Below the pieces are notes generated by a model that had not been told where the DNA came from, did no database searches, and worked only from the letters and a program-made list of their open reading frames with translations. Positions 37,894 to 47,274 of a DNA stretch of 64,000 bases are shown piece by piece (the first letter of the stretch is position 1; each line of letters starts with the position of its first letter). Origin of the DNA: a virus (taxonomy: Duplodnaviria > Heunggongvirae > Uroviricota > Caudoviricetes); IMG/VR virus record IMGVR_UViG_3300028887_000087. One strand, written 5' to 3'. The translations under genes and the position numbers were made by a program.

Positions 37894-38898
37894 ATGACAG
37901 AGAGGTTAAACAAGTACCTAGCATTTTCCACTTGCGGGGCAGGTATGTTGGCAAACACAATTGGGCTCATCTCAAGGCTGAATTATTTTGACGGCGGTCT
38001 TCTTTATTTTGTAAACATCGCATCTACAGCTTTTTCACTTTTTTGTATTATTGCCTTGGGAGCAATCTTTTTTAGGAGAAAAGAGTATACAAAGTACATA
38101 AGCGCAATCGTTATAATTACCGCAGCAGTAAATTTTCCGATAACTTTTTTGACAAATCAAAGTAATATATTTATGTTCTATCTTCCTATGATGGGAACAG
38201 CAATAGGTTTGCTTTCAATTGAAAATTGGAAAAAGTCAGTTGTTTGGGGTTCGATTGTTTTAGCAGAAGATACAGCAATGATTTTCTTGAAACATTACCT
38301 TGGTTTGTATAATGATTGGTGGGCATCACATTGGATAAATTGTTTCGGAGCAATTATTTCAACTTTCTTATTCTCTGCAATTGTTGTATCACTTACACTT
38401 AAAGCTTTCAGAGATACAAACAAAAGATTGAGTAAAGAAGCTGAACACGACCAACTTACAACAGTTTACAACAGATACAAAATGGACCAAGATATTAAGT
38501 CAAAACTTTATAAGTATGCTGCTATGATTGATATTGACTGGTTCAAAAAAGTTAACGATACTTATGGACACAAAGCAGGTGATAGAGCTTTGCAGCAATT
38601 AAGTCAATCGTTATTAAGATATGTGACAGATGACTTCCGTGTATATCGTTACGGTGGAGAAGAGTTTTTGATACTTTGCCGCAGCGATGAAAAAGATTTT
38701 CTTGAAAGACTTGATATGATTTGGGAAGACCTTGAACTTACATTCTGTTTAAGACAAGGCGAAAAATTGAGTGTTTCAATAGGCGCAGCTTTTTCAGACA
38801 AATCTCATAGGCTTATCAACTTAGCAGACGAAAATCTTTATAAAGCAAAAAATAACGGTCGTCATCAAGTTTGGTACAACAATAATAAACTTTACTAA
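37894..38898 (+). CDS. membrane-anchored GGDEF-domain diguanylate cyclase
   Basis: ~6 N-terminal TM helices; FKKVNDTYGHKAGDRAL; YRYGGEEF; LYKAKNNGRHQV. Confidence 0.8.
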   Translation: MTERLNKYLAFSTCGAGMLANTIGLISRLNYFDGGLLYFVNIASTAFSLFCIIALGAIFFRRKEYTKYISAIVIITAAVNFPITFLTNQSNIFMFYLPMMGTAIGLLSIENWKKSVVWGSIVLAEDTAMIFLKHYLGLYNDWWASHWINCFGAIISTFLFSAIVVSLTLKAFRDTNKRLSKEAEHDQLTTVYNRYKMDQDIKSKLYKYAAMIDIDWFKKVNDTYGHKAGDRALQQLSQSLLRYVTDDFRVYRYGGEEFLILCRSDEKDFLERLDMIWEDLELTFCLRQGEKLSVSIGAAFSDKSHRLINLADENLYKAKNNGRHQVWYNNNKLY

Positions 38899-38923
38899 AA
38901 TCCTCTTTATATTATTGTTGTAA
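38885..38923 (+). promoter_or_regulatory. class-1 phage promoter-like bipartite motif
   Basis: aataaacttt-N12-tttatattattgttgtaAGGAGGattatctATG. Confidence 0.5.
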
Positions 38924-38935
38924 GGAGGATTATCT

Positions 38936-40417
38936 ATGACAATTAAAGATCAGTTCAAAGCAAAAGTCCTCGAGCCTATTGATGAAGCAGGCTTCAAAGC
39001 TTACTTTGTAGGCGGTTGTGTTCGTGACTTTTTGATGGGCGTTGAGCCTCACGATTACGATATTTGCACAACTGCAACCCCTGAAGAATTGCACAAAATC
39101 TTTGATAAGTTTTCAAATGTTTCAGCAAACAGTGAGCCATTCGGTGTTACGATGCCGCTGATTGAAATTGATGGAAAGCTTGAAGAAGTTGAAATTGCAA
39201 CTCTCCGCAAGGATATTACAAAAGGACGACATCCAAAAATCGAGTTTACTCGTGACATCAAAGAAGATGCAGAACGCAGAGATTTTACTGTGAATGCCCT
39301 TTACGAAGATATTGACGGTTTTATTTTTGATATGGTTGGCGGCGCTCAGGACATCAAAAACAGAACATTACGTTTTGTTGGAAATGCTCAGGACCGCATC
39401 GATGAAGACCCATTAAGAATATTCCGTTTTGTTCGTTTCCTTGCTTCAAAAGGTTTCAAGTCAGCTTACACAAAAAGAGAAGTTCTTGATTGGAATTTTT
39501 CTTTTACTGAAGTATCTGCTGAAAGACAGCTGAAAGAGTTAGAGAAAACTTTTGCAGGTAAGTTTTTATTCCCAGATACTTGGGAGTTTGTTTTAGCAGC
39601 AAGAGTTTTAACTCCGTTAGGATTAACTTCGATTATGGTTGACCTGCGAAATATTGTTCAGTCTTGGATGTGGCACGCTGAGGGTTCAACTTGGACAAAA
39701 GACGGAAAGGATTTCAAAGGCGACGAGATAACAGATTTTGACGGTTTTGTTCCTGCAACCCACGGAACTGCTTGGGACCATACACTGTTAGTTATGAAAA
39801 GAATGGCAGAGTTATCAAAAGACTTAGACGAGCACACTCGTTTCGTAATGATGATGGCTGCTTTCTTACACGACATCGGTAAGGCTCATTCAAAGCTGGG
39901 CTTAAAAACAAATACTTTCAAAATTGGAAGCAAAGAGTTTACTGAGACAATTCCTAAGGTTTCTGACCACGATGTTGTTGGCGCTCCTATTGCATACGAT
40001 ATTTGCAAAAGTATCGGTATGACAAACGATGACAGTGAGACAGTTCGCGAGCTGGTTGGCTTACATATGCGAGCTCATCAGTTAGGTGATATGAAATCAA
40101 AGAAGGCAATCTGGGAGATTACTTCAAACCCTATTTTCGATAAACTGGTTATGTTAGCAAAGGCTGATGAGTCAGCTTGTGTTAAGACAGTTGACGATGC
40201 TTGGGTTGGTATTGAGAAATCTTTAGAGAAGCCTATCATTCAGTCAGTTATCGGTAAGCCAATGCCTAAGCCAATTATTACAGGTCAGTTCCTGATTGAC
40301 AAAGGCAGAACTCCTGGGCCAAAGTTTAAGCATATCTTAGATGTTGCATTAAAGATGCAGATTGACAAGGATATGACTGATGCTGAGGCAATTTACAAAA
40401 TTGTGAAAGGATGCTAA
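38936..40417 (+). CDS. cca: CCA-adding enzyme / poly(A)-polymerase-family tRNA nucleotidyltransferase with HD domain
   Basis: GGCVRDFLMG...DYDICT head motif; RRDFTVNAL; HD motif AFLHDIGK. Confidence 0.8.
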   Translation: MTIKDQFKAKVLEPIDEAGFKAYFVGGCVRDFLMGVEPHDYDICTTATPEELHKIFDKFSNVSANSEPFGVTMPLIEIDGKLEEVEIATLRKDITKGRHPKIEFTRDIKEDAERRDFTVNALYEDIDGFIFDMVGGAQDIKNRTLRFVGNAQDRIDEDPLRIFRFVRFLASKGFKSAYTKREVLDWNFSFTEVSAERQLKELEKTFAGKFLFPDTWEFVLAARVLTPLGLTSIMVDLRNIVQSWMWHAEGSTWTKDGKDFKGDEITDFDGFVPATHGTAWDHTLLVMKRMAELSKDLDEHTRFVMMMAAFLHDIGKAHSKLGLKTNTFKIGSKEFTETIPKVSDHDVVGAPIAYDICKSIGMTNDDSETVRELVGLHMRAHQLGDMKSKKAIWEITSNPIFDKLVMLAKADESACVKTVDDAWVGIEKSLEKPIIQSVIGKPMPKPIITGQFLIDKGRTPGPKFKHILDVALKMQIDKDMTDAEAIYKIVKGC

Positions 40418-40421
40418 TCCT

Positions 40422-40453
40422 CTGTCTCCTGCTTCGGTGGGAGACAGCTTTTA
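40422..40453 (+). terminator. Rho-independent terminator (CTGTCTCC-loop-GGAGACAG + TTTT)
   Basis: 8-bp stem with TTCGG-containing loop, T-rich tail. Confidence 0.65.
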
Positions 40454-40456
40454 TAT

Positions 40457-40819
40457 ATGAATATCAGAATACTTGGAACACAAATTTTAGAATCTCTTGG
40501 GTTTAAATATGAAAAAGAGTTTGTAAACTTTACCCAACATCGAACAGGCCACGGTATGATATTTTGGGAAAAAGATCATCGGTGGGTTTTTAGTGTAAGT
40601 GACTTTGGGGCTTTACAGGGTCCTAAGAATAATATTCAAAGGTTTTATTGCTGTTGTAAGTTAGACAGCGGTGAAGATGAAATGGGCTTTATAGGACATT
40701 ATGAAATCGCATATAACAGAACGCTTAATTGGAATTGTAAATTGCTTTCTATGTATGAGATTGATGTTGATGTTGCAAAGCATATGATATTAGCAGCAAA
40801 TGATGCAGCAAAGGGGTAG
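40457..40819 (+). CDS. hypothetical protein (120 aa)
   Basis: ORF. Confidence 0.45.
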   Translation: MNIRILGTQILESLGFKYEKEFVNFTQHRTGHGMIFWEKDHRWVFSVSDFGALQGPKNNIQRFYCCCKLDSGEDEMGFIGHYEIAYNRTLNWNCKLLSMYEIDVDVAKHMILAANDAAKG

Positions 40820-40820
40820 T

Positions 40821-41195
40821 ATGTATATAAATACACGCAATGCAATAATAGGTGATATAGCAGTTCCTGCACTTGATGAACTCGGTTTCGGAGAAACAAC
40901 TCCTGAGATTATTTCAACAAGCGGACACGAGGAAGGGTATGGCGCTCAGATTGTTTTAAGACTGCACACAGGAACTCCTAATGTATCTTGGCTTTGTTAT
41001 ATTGAAACAGACTTTTTAAATTTAGCTTTTCAACCTACAAAGTTGACAATGTATTGCGTTCTTACTGAACAACACGGTATGACATTTAAGGTGCTCGATA
41101 AAGCTGCTTACACAGTTTATGCAAAAGATATGAAGTTTGAAAAAGCTGAGGAGCAGAATCCTGAAATTGCAGCAAAGCTGTTTACGTTAAAGTGA
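40821..41195 (+). CDS. hypothetical protein (~124 aa)
   Basis: ATG 40821 after AAGGGG. Confidence 0.45.
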   Translation: MYINTRNAIIGDIAVPALDELGFGETTPEIISTSGHEEGYGAQIVLRLHTGTPNVSWLCYIETDFLNLAFQPTKLTMYCVLTEQHGMTFKVLDKAAYTVYAKDMKFEKAEEQNPEIAAKLFTLK

Positions 41196-41503
41196 TGTGG
41201 AATAGAAAAGACGCAAAGATGTACTTAACACAAGTTCTCGGTGCAATCGAATGGGATAACCTTGAGGTTGACAAAAAGAACTTTGATTACAGTGCATATT
41301 CATATTATATAACTGCTCGCTTATTGACTGACCAACCCAATATGTATTGGCTTTGTCAGGTGACAACTGTTCAAGCTGCAGGGGAAGTAATTGAAATAAA
41401 TGCGGACTTAACATTGAAGATTGATAGGAAGATAAAAGATAAAGTGTCTTATACAATTTATATTGATAAAGAAGGCGGCGTTGATAGGATAGTACAAAGA
41501 TGA
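41195..41503 (+). CDS. hypothetical protein (~102 aa)
   Basis: coupled ORF. Confidence 0.45.
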   Translation: MWNRKDAKMYLTQVLGAIEWDNLEVDKKNFDYSAYSYYITARLLTDQPNMYWLCQVTTVQAAGEVIEINADLTLKIDRKIKDKVSYTIYIDKEGGVDRIVQR

Positions 41504-41904
41504 TGCATTTAGATGATAAAGAATGGCAAACATTTGCAAAAAAGGCAATAGCGTATGTTGGCTTTCCTTTTGATAATTATACAATACCTCTACACAACAT
41601 CCCTATATTCAGCGACCCAGAAAACGAACAAAAGTTTTGCTGTCTTGTAGTTGATATAGATCATAAATGGTCATTTCATTTTACAAAAAGTTTAAGGTGG
41701 AACTATTCTCTCCCAAGTAATAAGGCTTTAATAGTATTCAAAGGCGTTTTGAAAGAAAAACTTCCTGATGGCAAATGGAAGCCTATTGACTCCTTTAAGT
41801 ATGAATTTATATTTGATGGTAATGACATAACTTTTGTAAGAGAGATACCGACAGATATACATAAAATACAAGAAAGATATTTAATACAAATGGGTAAACT
41901 ATGA
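41500..41904 (+). CDS. hypothetical protein (134 aa)
   Basis: ATGA coupling. Confidence 0.45.
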   Translation: MMHLDDKEWQTFAKKAIAYVGFPFDNYTIPLHNIPIFSDPENEQKFCCLVVDIDHKWSFHFTKSLRWNYSLPSNKALIVFKGVLKEKLPDGKWKPIDSFKYEFIFDGNDITFVREIPTDIHKIQERYLIQMGKL

Positions 41905-42356
41905 CATCAGAAGAATTGCATAATGCTTGGGTTGAACAAGCAAAAAGACGAAAGGAACAAGCTCTCGAAGACGCAAAAAGAGAACAGCTACGACAACAAA
42001 TTAAGATCAAAGCTTTCAATAATCATATCGCGCCAGCACTTACAAAATTTGGTCTTACGATAAATGTAGGTTCAATGACTTGGGAACGTTCATCTCCTTT
42101 TGGAGATTATACAGCGCTTGATGGCAAGTTTATTATGAAGATTGACAACAACCTTAAATGGGTGTTCAAAGTAAATGCTTTACGACCTGAAGCTGTTCGT
42201 TTACATACTTACGATGTTGCTGCTGTATTATATGACAATCATAAATTAAGTGATTGCTTTGAACTTCGTATATCAGAAGATGTTATGTTGAATACTTGCG
42301 AAGTTATAAGAATGAAGGAGTTTAAGAAAAATGACCACACCGCCAAGCCACTCTGA
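41901..42356 (+). CDS. hypothetical protein (151 aa)
   Basis: ATGA coupling. Confidence 0.45.
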   Translation: MTSEELHNAWVEQAKRRKEQALEDAKREQLRQQIKIKAFNNHIAPALTKFGLTINVGSMTWERSSPFGDYTALDGKFIMKIDNNLKWVFKVNALRPEAVRLHTYDVAAVLYDNHKLSDCFELRISEDVMLNTCEVIRMKEFKKNDHTAKPL

Positions 42357-42723
42357 AGATTTGATTTTTGTAAATTATATTCTCCCAGTGATAAAGCTTT
42401 ACGGCTTTGATATACGGCCTCATCAAGTACGCATTTTCAAAGATGGTTGGACAATCAATATCGGAAGAGATCAGAATTGGGTCGCAACACTTGTTGACCC
42501 TAAGAGCCCTGCACAGCACATCCTTATGATGACCTTATATGATGGTGATTTTGCAACTGATGCTTTTTTAGTAAGATATGAACTTGGAGAAGATGATAAG
42601 GTTAAAGTTCTTGATGAAGACAATAATATTGATGTTTCAACTTTCCCTACTTATGATGGGTTAGTTGACCCAGACTTAGGTATATCTTTAGAGGATAAGG
42701 CAGTTTTTAGAAAGAATGACTGA
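42331..42723 (+). CDS. hypothetical protein (130 aa)
   Basis: overlapping ORF. Confidence 0.4.
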   Translation: MTTPPSHSEDLIFVNYILPVIKLYGFDIRPHQVRIFKDGWTINIGRDQNWVATLVDPKSPAQHILMMTLYDGDFATDAFLVRYELGEDDKVKVLDEDNNIDVSTFPTYDGLVDPDLGISLEDKAVFRKND

Positions 42724-43051
42724 AGGCGGACTTTTATTATCAGCAGTATCAAAATTTATGGGAATAGAGTTGCACGCAGGAAGTAAACTTGATATTTGGG
42801 GCAGCGAGAAGTTTAATGATGGCCGTACTGTTATTAAATTCCTATGTGATGATGAATACGAATGGACAATTGTTGCACTCAAGTTTGCAGAAGTTGATAT
42901 TTATTATAATGTATACGGACAACTTCATAGGATAATTCATTCTCCCGACCCGTATGCAGAAAATTGGTATAAGTCAACAAACCGTTTGGACGACTTTAGC
43001 TTTACGGTTTACCCGAAAAATGACTATAAAAGTTATGAAATTGGTGCATAA
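42716..43051 (+). CDS. hypothetical protein (111 aa)
   Basis: coupled ORF. Confidence 0.45.
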   Translation: MTEGGLLLSAVSKFMGIELHAGSKLDIWGSEKFNDGRTVIKFLCDDEYEWTIVALKFAEVDIYYNVYGQLHRIIHSPDPYAENWYKSTNRLDDFSFTVYPKNDYKSYEIGA

Positions 43052-43052
43052 A

Positions 43053-43094
43053 ATTAAACTTTTTGCTTGACTTCTTTATATTATATTTGTAAAA
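43053..43094 (+). promoter_or_regulatory. class-1 phage promoter-like bipartite motif
   Basis: attaaacttt-N12-tttatattatatttgtaaaa then AAAGGAGGA. Confidence 0.55.
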
Positions 43095-43112
43095 ATCCTA
43101 AAGGAGGACGAA

Positions 43113-43583
43113 ATGGATAAACTTGAAGCTATCAAAAAGGAATATGGCCCAGCAGTTGAACTTGATGAGTCATTCAACCCACCACGTTTTACAGTTGACG
43201 GAGAAGTTTTTTCAATCCGCGACGATGACGAACTCGAAGCTGATGCAAAAGAAAATGCAAAGGAAATCTTCGAAGAGTCAACTGACGAAGCCAATTCTGA
43301 ATGGGTAAAAAAGTGGGGCGGAATTTCTGAGTTCTACGATGAAGTTTGGGTAAACGATTTCCGTATCGAAGACAGCGAAACTTTCGGAGACCTCTCTGAT
43401 GAAGAGATTCTTGACAAGCTCGAAAATGAATACTGTTATTTTGAAGACGGCTATCCTCGTGCTGCACTTGACTTTGACAAAATGGCAGACTTTGTTTATG
43501 ACTATGACGGTGCTGTAGGTCTTTCAAGATACGACGGCAATATTAAATACGTTTACGGTTTCCACGTAATCAGGGAGGAATAG
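43113..43583 (+). CDS. hypothetical acidic protein (156 aa)
   Basis: AAAGGAGGA RBS. Confidence 0.55.
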   Translation: MDKLEAIKKEYGPAVELDESFNPPRFTVDGEVFSIRDDDELEADAKENAKEIFEESTDEANSEWVKKWGGISEFYDEVWVNDFRIEDSETFGDLSDEEILDKLENEYCYFEDGYPRAALDFDKMADFVYDYDGAVGLSRYDGNIKYVYGFHVIREE

Positions 43584-43586
43584 AAA

Positions 43587-43865
43587 ATGGATTTCAACGA
43601 TCTTAAGTTCAACCCTGAGTTCAAAGCTGAATATGTTCTTACTTTGAATAACGGAATTGGTCACAAACGCAATCTTGCCTGCTACTGTGAAAAGCATCGC
43701 TGCTTCGTAACACAGAAACAGATTGCAAGCGGCAATCGCCACTGCACAAGCCCTTCAAAAGATGGAACACTTCCTCACTGTTCATATTGTGTATTCATCA
43801 CAGAGGAAAACTTTGAAGAGTTGAAAGCAAAGTCAGCTTTGGAAGAAAAGTTGAAGGAATATTAA
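43587..43865 (+). CDS. Cys/His-rich small protein (putative Zn-binding)
   Basis: GGAGG RBS; CYCEKHRC...HCTSP...HCSYC. Confidence 0.5.
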   Translation: MDFNDLKFNPEFKAEYVLTLNNGIGHKRNLACYCEKHRCFVTQKQIASGNRHCTSPSKDGTLPHCSYCVFITEENFEELKAKSALEEKLKEY

Positions 43866-43866
43866 A

Positions 43867-44211
43867 ATGGCAACATTTTTTGCTCCTGAAAAATACTTTA
43901 TGACAATTGCAATGGATGTGATGAACTTCAACGGAAAGCTCCTTGCAGACGAGTTGCTTAATAACAGGTTTGCTTGGGGCAACAACGGAGAAGATTATTG
44001 CAGCGTGCATTTTGTAATGCAGCAAGATAAGAATGCCAATCTGTGGTGGGAGTTAATTTGTAAAAACGCTTACGAAAATAGTTGGAAGTTTGTTGCAAAT
44101 CTTTACGATGGAGTAAAATTGCTTGATAAGATTGTTTATTATTTCAATGTTGTAAACGGCGATGTTGATAAAAAAACGATAGAAGAAGTCAATCCTTTAC
44201 GGGGAGAATAA
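43867..44211 (+). CDS. hypothetical protein (114 aa)
   Basis: AAGGAA RBS. Confidence 0.5.
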   Translation: MATFFAPEKYFMTIAMDVMNFNGKLLADELLNNRFAWGNNGEDYCSVHFVMQQDKNANLWWELICKNAYENSWKFVANLYDGVKLLDKIVYYFNVVNGDVDKKTIEEVNPLRGE

Positions 44212-44585
44212 TGCGTACACCATTTTCTGACTTTGAAAGATATTGTGTTGACATTTGTAAAAGCATAGGCTTCGACCCTTTAGAGGTAGCGAACGCAATT
44301 GAAAAGGTTAAATCTAAGCCTGAGTTAACTGACCGCTATTCTACAGGCACATATAAAGTAAGTGCAGGAGACGGCTACTTTTGGTTTATTGATTGTTCAA
44401 GACTTTCAACTTTTTTGGGTAGCCCAAATGCTGCACCTGCTAGAATCGTAGTAGATTGTCAGCTTTTTAGAGGAACTGACGGACCTGACGGAGAAGCATT
44501 ACTTGTTGACAGAGCACATTACGATTGCAAAAGAAGTGGTTCAAGCGAGCCGTTCACTATTACTGAAACAAAATGCGACAGTTAA
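44211..44585 (+). CDS. hypothetical protein (124 aa)
   Basis: GGAGAA RBS. Confidence 0.5.
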   Translation: MRTPFSDFERYCVDICKSIGFDPLEVANAIEKVKSKPELTDRYSTGTYKVSAGDGYFWFIDCSRLSTFLGSPNAAPARIVVDCQLFRGTDGPDGEALLVDRAHYDCKRSGSSEPFTITETKCDS

Positions 44586-44588
44586 TAT
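44581..44588 (+). promoter_or_regulatory. class-2 TTAATAT box (SD-containing leader to ATG 44610)
   Basis: gttaatattattaaaaaaggagcttttatATG. Confidence 0.35.
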
Positions 44589-44609
44589 TATTAAAAAAGG
44601 AGCTTTTAT

Positions 44610-45194
44610 ATGAAAGAGTTTTTTGTTAGTGACTTACATATAGGACACGAAAACTGTTTAAGATTTGACAACCGTCCTTTTAAGGACCTTGCAGAACAGA
44701 ATGAAAAAATGGTTGAAATTTGGAACAAAAGAGTAAAGCCTGAAGACCACGTTTGGATGCTTGGTGATATTCTTTGGTTTGCAAATAAAGAAAATGAAGA
44801 TGTACTTAAATCTCTCAACGGCAAAAAGTATCTCGTCACAGGCAATCACGATGGACGAATGCTTAAAGTCGGACATATCAAAAATCTTTTTGAAGAAATC
44901 CACGAAGGCTATCATAAGCTTCACGACAGCAAAGGTCGTACACTTATTCTTTCACATTACCCAATTATTCAGTTTGACGGCGTAATGCGTGGAAACATCC
45001 ATCTTTACGGACACATCCACGTTAACCCAAAAGATAACGCTTTTATTGAAAAGTGGAAGAAAGAATACGAAAAAGAAATGACAGGACAGGCTGGCAATTC
45101 ATTCAAAGTGAATATGTATAATGTAGGTTTTGCTGTTCCTTATATGGAATGGGGGCCAAAAACATTAGATGAAATATTGGAGGCAAACAAATGA
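44610..45194 (+). CDS. calcineurin-like metallophosphoesterase
   Basis: SDLHIGH, WMLGDI, VTGNHD, SHYP, GHIH motifs. Confidence 0.75.
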   Translation: MKEFFVSDLHIGHENCLRFDNRPFKDLAEQNEKMVEIWNKRVKPEDHVWMLGDILWFANKENEDVLKSLNGKKYLVTGNHDGRMLKVGHIKNLFEEIHEGYHKLHDSKGRTLILSHYPIIQFDGVMRGNIHLYGHIHVNPKDNAFIEKWKKEYEKEMTGQAGNSFKVNMYNVGFAVPYMEWGPKTLDEILEANK

Positions 45195-45700
45195 AACACT
45201 TTATCGTAATTGATATGCAGAATGATTTCTGCACAGGCGCTTTGAAAAACGATGCCGCTGTTGCAATTATACCACGCATTAAAGCGGAATTGCAGGCAGC
45301 AAAGGCAGACAGCGCAAACATCATCTTTACTCGTGATACACACTTTGACGGTTATCTTGAAACAGGTGAAGGTAAGCATCTCCCAGTAAAGCACTGTCTT
45401 CAGAATACAGAAGGCTGGGAAATTGTTCCTGAACTTAAAGAAGAGATTGATGACAAAACTACAGTCATTGACAAGCTTCACTTTGGCTACGACAACTGGG
45501 GCAATTACATCAAGCCTAACGATGAAATTACAATCGTAGGAACTTGTACTGACATCTGTGTTGTAAGCAACGCCCTTGCTCTCAAAATGATTGAAGGTGT
45601 TGAAGTAAAAGTAATTGCTGATTGCTGCGCAGGCCTTACTCCTGAAAGCAACGAAGCTGCATTGACAACAATGAAAATGTGTCAGTGCGAAATTGTATAA
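45191..45700 (+). CDS. pncA: nicotinamidase / isochorismatase-family cysteine hydrolase (PncA-like)
   Basis: VIDMQNDFCTGA, FTRDTHFDG, KHC, IVGTCTDICV, VIADCCAG match PncA catalytic D/K/C and metal-site motifs. Confidence 0.8.
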   Translation: MKHFIVIDMQNDFCTGALKNDAAVAIIPRIKAELQAAKADSANIIFTRDTHFDGYLETGEGKHLPVKHCLQNTEGWEIVPELKEEIDDKTTVIDKLHFGYDNWGNYIKPNDEITIVGTCTDICVVSNALALKMIEGVEVKVIADCCAGLTPESNEAALTTMKMCQCEIV

Positions 45701-45712
45701 GAGGTACACATT

Positions 45713-45925
45713 ATGAGCATCACAACTTATGACGACGATTTTATCAACAGAAAAGTTGAACAATATCAGAAGACCCGTTATAAAAGTGATGCTCACGGTG
45801 TTTACGATAACGAAGAAGATATTCGAGCAGAAGAAGAATACGACAACGGTTTTGAACAAGGAAGAGATGAAGGCTTCTTTGATGGTTATCTTCAGTGCTT
45901 AAAAGACTTAGGAATAAGAAAATGA
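45713..45925 (+). CDS. hypothetical acidic protein (70 aa)
   Basis: AGAGG RBS. Confidence 0.45.
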   Translation: MSITTYDDDFINRKVEQYQKTRYKSDAHGVYDNEEDIRAEEEYDNGFEQGRDEGFFDGYLQCLKDLGIRK

Positions 45926-46362
45926 GCGGCGGACATTTTTATAACAACAATCTTTCAATGAATCTTGAGCAACTCGAAAACGAATTGAGATGGCAAGGTG
46001 GAGCTTTCGATGAGAAAACTCAAAAAGCTCTTCGTGAATGCCTTAAAACAATTCGCAAAGCACAGGTTTGTTTGCATCGAGTTGATTATTTGTTCTCAGG
46101 AGACGACGGAGAAGATAACTTTATAGAACGCCTTGAAGAAGACCTTAAAGAGGTTGAAGAAAAACCTATTCCTGAGTTTGGAAAGCCTTGTTGTGAAAAC
46201 TGCAAATACAACGGAAAAGTTCAAGTACGTTATAAACAGTCTTATTACTACCGTGAAGGTGAACATAGTGATTATGTTGAAACGGGTTGTGAAAAGACTG
46301 AAGAAGATTGGCCTAACGGTGAACACTGTTATGGGTTCAAACACGTGGAGGATTGGGATTGA
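45922..46362 (+). CDS. hypothetical Cys-containing protein (~146 aa)
   Basis: ATG 45922. Confidence 0.45.
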   Translation: MSGGHFYNNNLSMNLEQLENELRWQGGAFDEKTQKALRECLKTIRKAQVCLHRVDYLFSGDDGEDNFIERLEEDLKEVEEKPIPEFGKPCCENCKYNGKVQVRYKQSYYYREGEHSDYVETGCEKTEEDWPNGEHCYGFKHVEDWD

Positions 46363-46461
46363 AAAACTTCATAAAGTTTATCAAGGTATCTCTTATATTG
46401 ATTTACCTTAAAATTACAAATGCAATTGACAGATGGAAGAGAAACAGACAGGAGAAGAAAA

Positions 46462-47265
46462 ATGACTAGTTTTGATACTTTTACAAATGAAGAAAGAATG
46501 AAGGACATTCACGATAAGATTATCGTTTGGATTAAGAACTTTTTTAATGACAAGAAAGGTCCTGCAGTAATTGGTATCAGCGGCGGAAAAGATTCAACAA
46601 TCTGTGCTGCTCTTCTTACTGAAGCACTTGGCAAAGACCGTGTAATTGGTGTAATGATGCCAAACGGTGAGCAGAAGGACATCTCTGACTCAAAGAAAGT
46701 TATCAGCACTCTTGGTATTCGTGAAATTGAAATCAACATCAATGGAATGTACAAAGACATCACATCAAGAATTGGTGATTGGTACGAAGGTGATGAAATA
46801 CCAAGTCTTTTCACAACAAACACTCCTGCCCGTCTTCGTATGGTGACTCTTTACGGAATTGCTGCAGTTTACGGCGGACTTGTTTGCAACACTTGTAATA
46901 AGTCTGAAGATTATGTTGGCTACAGTACAAAATACGGCGACGCTGCAGGTGACTTCTCACTTCTCAATCGTTTGACAAAAACTGAAGTTGTTGCACTTGG
47001 CGATTATATGAAATTGCCAAATGAACTTGTACACAAAATACCTTCAGATGGTATGTGCGGCAAGAGTGATGAAGACAATATGGGCTTTACCTATGAAGCA
47101 CTTGATACATTTATCTTGACAGGACTTCCTCCAAAGTCTGAGGAAGTTTTCAGAAAGATTGTCACAATGCATCACAATCCTAACACAAAATACAAACTTA
47201 TTGATATGCCTTCTGCTCTTGAAGAATTCATCCCTGATGCTTTCGACAGAGTAGCAGAATGTTAA
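46462..47265 (+). CDS. nadE: NH3-dependent NAD+ synthetase (PP-loop ATP pyrophosphatase)
   Basis: PP-loop VIGISGGKDST; ATG 46462 after AGGAG RBS. Confidence 0.8.
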   Translation: MTSFDTFTNEERMKDIHDKIIVWIKNFFNDKKGPAVIGISGGKDSTICAALLTEALGKDRVIGVMMPNGEQKDISDSKKVISTLGIREIEININGMYKDITSRIGDWYEGDEIPSLFTTNTPARLRMVTLYGIAAVYGGLVCNTCNKSEDYVGYSTKYGDAAGDFSLLNRLTKTEVVALGDYMKLPNELVHKIPSDGMCGKSDEDNMGFTYEALDTFILTGLPPKSEEVFRKIVTMHHNPNTKYKLIDMPSALEEFIPDAFDRVAEC

Positions 47266-47268
47266 TAT
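47261..47268 (+). promoter_or_regulatory. class-2 TGTTAATAT box 6 nt before ATG 47275 (leaderless candidate)
   Basis: aatgttaatattattttATG; no SD. Confidence 0.4.
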
Positions 47269-47274
47269 TATTTT

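Noticed and set aside
40457-43051. Seven consecutive 100-150 aa ORFs as another paralog family
   Set aside because: Unlike the 564-1937 array, I could find no shared motifs among them by eye. They are treated as unrelated small genes.
45140-45859. 239-aa minus-strand ORF overlapping pncA
   Set aside because: The + strand encodes a motif-perfect nicotinamidase. The antisense ORF is Phe/Cys/Val-rich junk with no start context.
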